A stretch of 10,951 nucleotides of DNA, taken from contig CAWGPQ010000018.1 in assembly GCA_963824495.1 (NCBI GenBank), positions 1-10,951 on the forward strand. Reading direction: 5' to 3'. Positions 7,073 through 10,951 of this stretch are shown one piece after another; within the stretch, counting starts at the first letter, position 1; each line of letters opens with the position of its first letter. This DNA comes from an uncultured bacterium (GTDB lineage Bacteria; Babelota; Babeliae; Babelales; Babelaceae). The notes beneath the pieces are model-generated. The model had not been told where the DNA came from. It saw nothing but the letters and a program-made list of their open reading frames with translations, and did no database searches. The translations under genes and the position numbers were made by a program.

Positions 7073-8048
7073 AAGGATTGCTGGTGCCGACACCTAAAGG
7101 TGGTCGTTGAGGAATATTCTGTTGTATGATCATTTGTATTAGTTCTGCCGGAGCTGTACCCGTAGCTTGACCCTTCTGGGTAAGTTGCCTAAAAGCACTC
7201 TCCAGTGCCATTTCTGCAGTACCACGTGTAAGATAATCCGTGATAGCATCCATAACCTGCTGAAAGCGCTGTGCCTCTTTGGGATTACCAGTACGAGTCA
7301 TTTCATTCCTATTTCGTTCAGCCAGACCGTAAGGTGTTAATCCTTCGGTATCCGTTAACCTAAAGTTAGCACCAGCTCCAAGGAGATCACGGGTGATATC
7401 AGCTTGGCCTTGAGCAGCAGCCCAATGTAACGCTGTCATACCGTGAGTATCTTGTCGGTTAATATCTACCTGAGTAGGCACCGACGGTCTCAGTAATCCA
7501 TAAGAAGCAAGCCAATTTGTAACTTTTTTGAGCAACGACTGTGCTTGAGGTGACTGTGACTGAGCTTGCCCTTGCATAGCTATATTTTCTATAACAACTG
7601 CTTGGGGTATGGTAGAAAGTAACTGTGTTACTCGCCTTGTATTTCCTTGAGCCGTCGCATAAGCAAGTTGGTTCGTTTCAAATATTGACCTTAAAGTTTT
7701 GTGTATACTTATCGCTAATGATGATGCAAATTTATCAATATTCTCCTCAGTTAACATACGTGCACCATGTTCTAAAAGTAGCCTAGCCATATCTGCGCTT
7801 TCCTTTATGATTGCTATCAGTAATGCGGTAAAGCAACCATCAACATGATTAACGTCAGCGCCAGCTTTGATTGCAGCTTCTGCTGCTTCAAGATCTTCAG
7901 ATTGTACTGCTGTTAGTAATTTTTGATTGGCAGAATTAAGTTCTTGCTGAACTTCCATAGATTTTAGCGTCATGGCATGGGTCAATAGCGGCCCCGCGGC
8001 AAGCGCTACTATATATACAAAGCGTAATTTTGTAATAGTTTTGATCAT
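7071..8048 (-). CDS. Secreted ankyrin repeat protein A (325 aa, single module)
   Basis: Signal-peptide-like MIKTITKLRFVYIVALAAGPLLTHA-M. ANK motifs FTALLIA, GMTALHWAAAQG and GLTPYGLA. SD GAAGGG 6 nt upstream. Confidence 0.95.
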   Translation of the reverse strand: MIKTITKLRFVYIVALAAGPLLTHAMTLKSMEVQQELNSANQKLLTAVQSEDLEAAEAAIKAGADVNHVDGCFTALLIAIIKESADMARLLLEHGARMLTEENIDKFASSLAISIHKTLRSIFETNQLAYATAQGNTRRVTQLLSTIPQAVVIENIAMQGQAQSQSPQAQSLLKKVTNWLASYGLLRPSVPTQVDINRQDTHGMTALHWAAAQGQADITRDLLGAGANFRLTDTEGLTPYGLAERNRNEMTRTGNPKEAQRFQQVMDAITDYLTRGTAEMALESAFRQLTQKGQATGTAPAELIQMIIQQNIPQRPPLGVGTSNP

Positions 8049-8898
8049 ATTTAGCCCTTCATTAATTTTTTCTCAATTATCTCTATTCCTAATTATGGCA
8101 TAGCTGCAATAAGGTGGTCAAGAAACTTACAATCTTAATGAGTAGAAGCTCCGGTTAAGGATTGCTTGTGCCTCCTCCTAAGGGCGGGCGTTGAGGAGGA
8201 GTGCCTAACCTTACTCCTTGGATAAGTTTTTCCGTACGACGCTTTCTGGTAGGTGGCTGAGCTGAGCTTTCTTGTGCTTTTCGCTTAGCAACTCTACGTT
8301 GCAAATAGTGGGTAATAGCATCGATAACAGCTTGCATACGCTGTGCTCCTTCGGTATCACCAGCATGAGCCATTTCATCTCTGTTTCTTTCAGCAAGACG
8401 GACAGGTGTTAAGCCTTCAGCATTCTCGATGCCCCAATCGGCTCCATGCTCAAGTAATGCGTCAATAACAGCAACGTTACCGGTAGCTGCAGCCCAATGA
8501 AGAGGCGTCATGCCTCGTGCATCACGCATAGAGAGCAAGGGAGAATTAGCTGGTAGTGTTGAAAGAAGCTTGATTACCTCTGGAGTGTCTCCTATTGCAG
8601 CTTCATAGGCGAGTACATCAACGCCAAATATACTACGAATATTGTTTCGCAGACGTTGAATGATTTTTAGGGATTGAGTAGCTTGTTTGCTGCCAGCACC
8701 AGCTGCTTGCACTAATTTCTTGAGAGTTTCTACATTAAGCAATGTGCTGCTTCCATGTTCGAGAAGGAACCGAGCTATTTCTGTATGATTTAACCCGGCT
8801 GCTACACTAAGTGCAGCAAAGCCACTTCTGCCGGCCTGATTGATATGAGCACCACGTTCTATAAGTAATTTGACCACATCAAAGTTACCATGACGTGC
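7845..8898. repeat. Direct repeat copy 1 (gene A 5' end, intergenic region, gene B 3' end)
   Basis: Aligns with 9901-10951 at offset 2056 (8048/10104; 8155/10211), with one codon indel. The 106-nt intergenic regions differ at 6 positions. Confidence 0.95.
8092..8121 (-). promoter_or_regulatory. sigma70 promoter with extended -10 for ankyrin gene A
   Basis: Minus strand TTGACC (8121-8116), 18-nt spacer ending TGC, CATAAT (8097-8092). Conserved in the duplicated copy. Confidence 0.6.
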
Positions 8899-10104
8899 CG
8901 CAACTATGAGTGGTGTAACGCCCATAAAACTTGCATAATTAACGTTAGCGCCTTCAGCAAGAGCTCGTGTAACTCCGTTAAGGTTGCCATCAGCAACTGC
9001 GATAAGCAGAGCCGTATTGGGATTTTCAATAGTTACTTGGGGCAGATTATGCGCTACAATTGCTTGCACAACCTCGGCAGGAGCTCTGCCAGTCATTTGA
9101 CCAAAGGCACTTATTAGCGTTCTGGGTGCAGTAAACTGTGTAAGAACATTAGTTATGGTATCCATAGTATTCTGAAATCGCTGTGCTCCTATACGATCAC
9201 CAGCACGAGCCATTTCATTTCTGTTTCTTTCGGCAAGGTGATAAGGCGTTAAGCCTTCTGCATTTGTTAGCCTGAAGTTAGCTCCGCGGGCTAAGAGAGC
9301 AGCGACAATATCAGCACGTCCTTGAGCAGCAGCCCAATGTAATGCTGTCATTTTTTGAGTATCTTGGTTATTAATCATGTCTGGTCGTGCTATAACTATT
9401 TCCAGAACTCTCTCTCCGTTCCCCCGTGCTGCTTCATAAGCTAGCTCGTTAGTACCAAATGAAGAGTGAATCGCTTTTTGTATTTCCTGGTTTGCTGTGT
9501 TTGACAAAGTCGAACCATGTTCTATAAGCAGCTTGACTATATCTGCATATCGATGCCAGGCAGCATCCACAAGAGCAGTATCGTCATCACTATTAGCATG
9601 ATTAATGTTAGCACCAGCTTCTATAAGCATTTTAACTATCGCTATACATCCATCTTGAGCTGCTAGTATTAGGGGAGTATTACCATCACTATTAGCATGA
9701 TTAACGTCAGCATCAGCTTCTATAAGCATTCTCGCTATTTCTATATGTCCCCAAAGAGCTGCCTGTCCCAGAGCAGTTACGCCATATATATTGACATCAT
9801 TAACATTAGCACCACGATCTATAAGAAACCTAACTATATTTGGATCTGCACCTTCCTCTCTCGGTGCTGCTATAAGGGCAGTATTGCCGTGTTCATCGGC
9901 ATAATTAACATCAGCACCTGCTTTGATCGCAGCTTCTGTTGCTTCAAGATTTCCAGCTCTGACCGCCGCTAGCAATTCTTGATTGGCAGGATTAAGTTCT
10001 TGCTGAACTTCCATAGATTTTAGCGTCATGGCATGGATTAATAACGGCCCCGCGGCAAGCGCTACTATATATACAAAGCGTAATTTTGTAATACTTTTAA
10101 TCAT
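8155..10104 (-). CDS. Secreted ankyrin repeat protein B (649 aa, two tandem modules)
   Basis: Near-identical signal peptide to gene A. Multiple ANK repeats (GNTALIAA, GVTALGQAA, GNTPLILAA, MTALHWAAAQG, GVTPLIVAA, GMTPLHWAAATG). Basic C-terminal tail. Confidence 0.96.
   Translation of the reverse strand: MIKSITKLRFVYIVALAAGPLLIHAMTLKSMEVQQELNPANQELLAAVRAGNLEATEAAIKAGADVNYADEHGNTALIAAPREEGADPNIVRFLIDRGANVNDVNIYGVTALGQAALWGHIEIARMLIEADADVNHANSDGNTPLILAAQDGCIAIVKMLIEAGANINHANSDDDTALVDAAWHRYADIVKLLIEHGSTLSNTANQEIQKAIHSSFGTNELAYEAARGNGERVLEIVIARPDMINNQDTQKMTALHWAAAQGRADIVAALLARGANFRLTNAEGLTPYHLAERNRNEMARAGDRIGAQRFQNTMDTITNVLTQFTAPRTLISAFGQMTGRAPAEVVQAIVAHNLPQVTIENPNTALLIAVADGNLNGVTRALAEGANVNYASFMGVTPLIVAARHGNFDVVKLLIERGAHINQAGRSGFAALSVAAGLNHTEIARFLLEHGSSTLLNVETLKKLVQAAGAGSKQATQSLKIIQRLRNNIRSIFGVDVLAYEAAIGDTPEVIKLLSTLPANSPLLSMRDARGMTPLHWAAATGNVAVIDALLEHGADWGIENAEGLTPVRLAERNRDEMAHAGDTEGAQRMQAVIDAITHYLQRRVAKRKAQESSAQPPTRKRRTEKLIQGVRLGTPPQRPPLGGGTSNP
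9585..9730. repeat. Nucleotide-level 99-bp-period ankyrin repeat duplication within gene B
   Basis: 9585-9631 and 9684-9730 match at 44 of 47 nt (CATCACTATTAGCATGATTAA...CAGCTTCTATAAGCATT). The offset of 99 nt equals one 33-aa ANK repeat. Confidence 0.9.
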
Positions 10105-10147
10105 ATTTAGCCCTTCATTAATTTTTTCTCAATTATCTCTATTTTAA

Positions 10148-10177
10148 ATTATGGCACAGCTGCAATAAGATAGTCAA
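10148..10177 (-). promoter_or_regulatory. sigma70 promoter with extended -10 for ankyrin gene B
   Basis: Minus strand TTGACT (10177-10172), 18-nt spacer ending TGC, CATAAT (10153-10148). Confidence 0.6.
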
Positions 10178-10210
10178 GAAACTTACAATCTTAATGAGTA
10201 GAAGCTCCGG

Positions 10211-10951
10211 TTAAGGATTGCTTGTGCCTCCTCCTAAGGGCGGGCGTTGAGGAGGAGTGCCTAACCTTACTCCTTGGATAAGTTTTTCCGTACGACGCTT
10301 TCTGGTAGGTGGCTGAGCTGAGCTTTCTTGTGCTTTTCGCTTGGCGACTCTACGTTGCAAATAGTGGGTAATAGCATCGATAACAGCTTGCATACGCTGT
10401 GCTCCTTCGGTATCACCAGCATGAGCCATTTCATCTCTGTTTCTTTCAGCGAGACGGGCAGGCGTTAAGCCTTCAACATTCTCGATACCCCAATCAGCTC
10501 CGTGCTCAAGTAATGCGTTGATAACACCAACGTTACCGGTAGCTGCAGCCCAATGAAGAGGCGTCATGCCTCGTGCGTCACGCATAGAGAGCAAAGGAGA
10601 ATTAGCTGGTAGTGTCGAAAGAAGCTTGATTATCTCTTGAGTGTCTCCTGTTGCAGCCTCATAGGCGAGTACATCAACACCAAATATACTACGAACATAG
10701 TTGCGTGCACGTTGAAAGATTTTTAGAGAGTGAGTAGCTTGTTTGTTGCCAGCACGAGCTACTTGATCCCATCCCTTGAGAGTTTCTTCGCTTAGTAATC
10801 TGACCCCATGCTCAAGAAGAAACCGAACTATTTTTATATGATTTAACTCGGCTGCAAAAGCAAGTGCAGTAAAGCCATATAAATGGAACTGATTAATATG
10901 AGCGCCCCGTTCCATAAGTAATTTGACCATATCATAGTTGCCGCGACGTGC
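10211..10951 (-). CDS. Ankyrin repeat protein C, 5'-truncated by the window edge; paralog of the second module of gene B
   Basis: The frame stays open upstream of the track's Met at 10930 (ARRGNYDMVKLL aligns with ARHGNFDVVKLL of gene B), so the true start lies outside the window. The last 81 aa are identical to gene B. Confidence 0.95.
   Translation of the reverse strand, partial: ARRGNYDMVKLLMERGAHINQFHLYGFTALAFAAELNHIKIVRFLLEHGVRLLSEETLKGWDQVARAGNKQATHSLKIFQRARNYVRSIFGVDVLAYEAATGDTQEIIKLLSTLPANSPLLSMRDARGMTPLHWAAATGNVGVINALLEHGADWGIENVEGLTPARLAERNRDEMAHAGDTEGAQRMQAVIDAITHYLQRRVAKRKAQESSAQPPTRKRRTEKLIQGVRLGTPPQRPPLGGGTSNP

Larger units (their letters stand above)
9901..10951. repeat. Direct repeat copy 2 (gene B 5' end, intergenic region, gene C 3' end); continues past the window edge
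   Basis: Paralogous to 7845-8898 as described above. Confidence 0.95.

Noticed and set aside
8211..9972. Short ORFs 8211..8396, 8890..9117 and 9697..9972
   Set aside because: They are alternate-frame or antisense ORFs inside ankyrin gene B.
8700..10951. Diversity-generating retroelement (TR/VR pair) as the cause of the paralog variation
   Set aside because: The differences are not adenine-specific (many G, C and T changes), both copies are coding, and no reverse transcriptase is in the window.
7845..10951. Simple assembly duplication artefact
   Set aside because: The copies differ by many substitutions and an in-frame indel, and they join different gene bodies with intact frames. Long reads would settle it fully.

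Overview
A ~40% GC bacterial window. The signal-peptide-bearing ankyrin genes, host-type nucleoside salvage kinase and split ATP synthase operon suggest an intracellular parasite of eukaryotes, most likely Candidatus Babeliae/Dependentiae (TM6); this taxonomic call is inference. From left to right it holds: (1) a >512-codon minus-strand exported, possibly outer-membrane, protein missing from the ORF track because it runs off the left edge; (2) a small ankyrin protein; (3) a dCK-like deoxynucleoside kinase directly upstream of a partial F-type ATP synthase cluster (c, b', b, delta, alpha; no a, gamma, beta or epsilon) whose c subunit has a Na+-type signature and an atypical loop; (4) tRNA-Arg(TCT) with its own promoter, followed by nested palindromic REP-like repeats; (5) a tandem array of at least three minus-strand ankyrin genes (A, B, partial C) with a 2056-bp duplication period. 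The array is the most interesting part. The genes share a layout of signal peptide, a variable-number and variable-surface ankyrin array, a constant ankyrin module, an F-box-like motif and/or a bipartite NLS-like motif, and a conserved PQRPPLGxGTSNP tail. It looks like a diversifying family of secreted host-targeting effectors.
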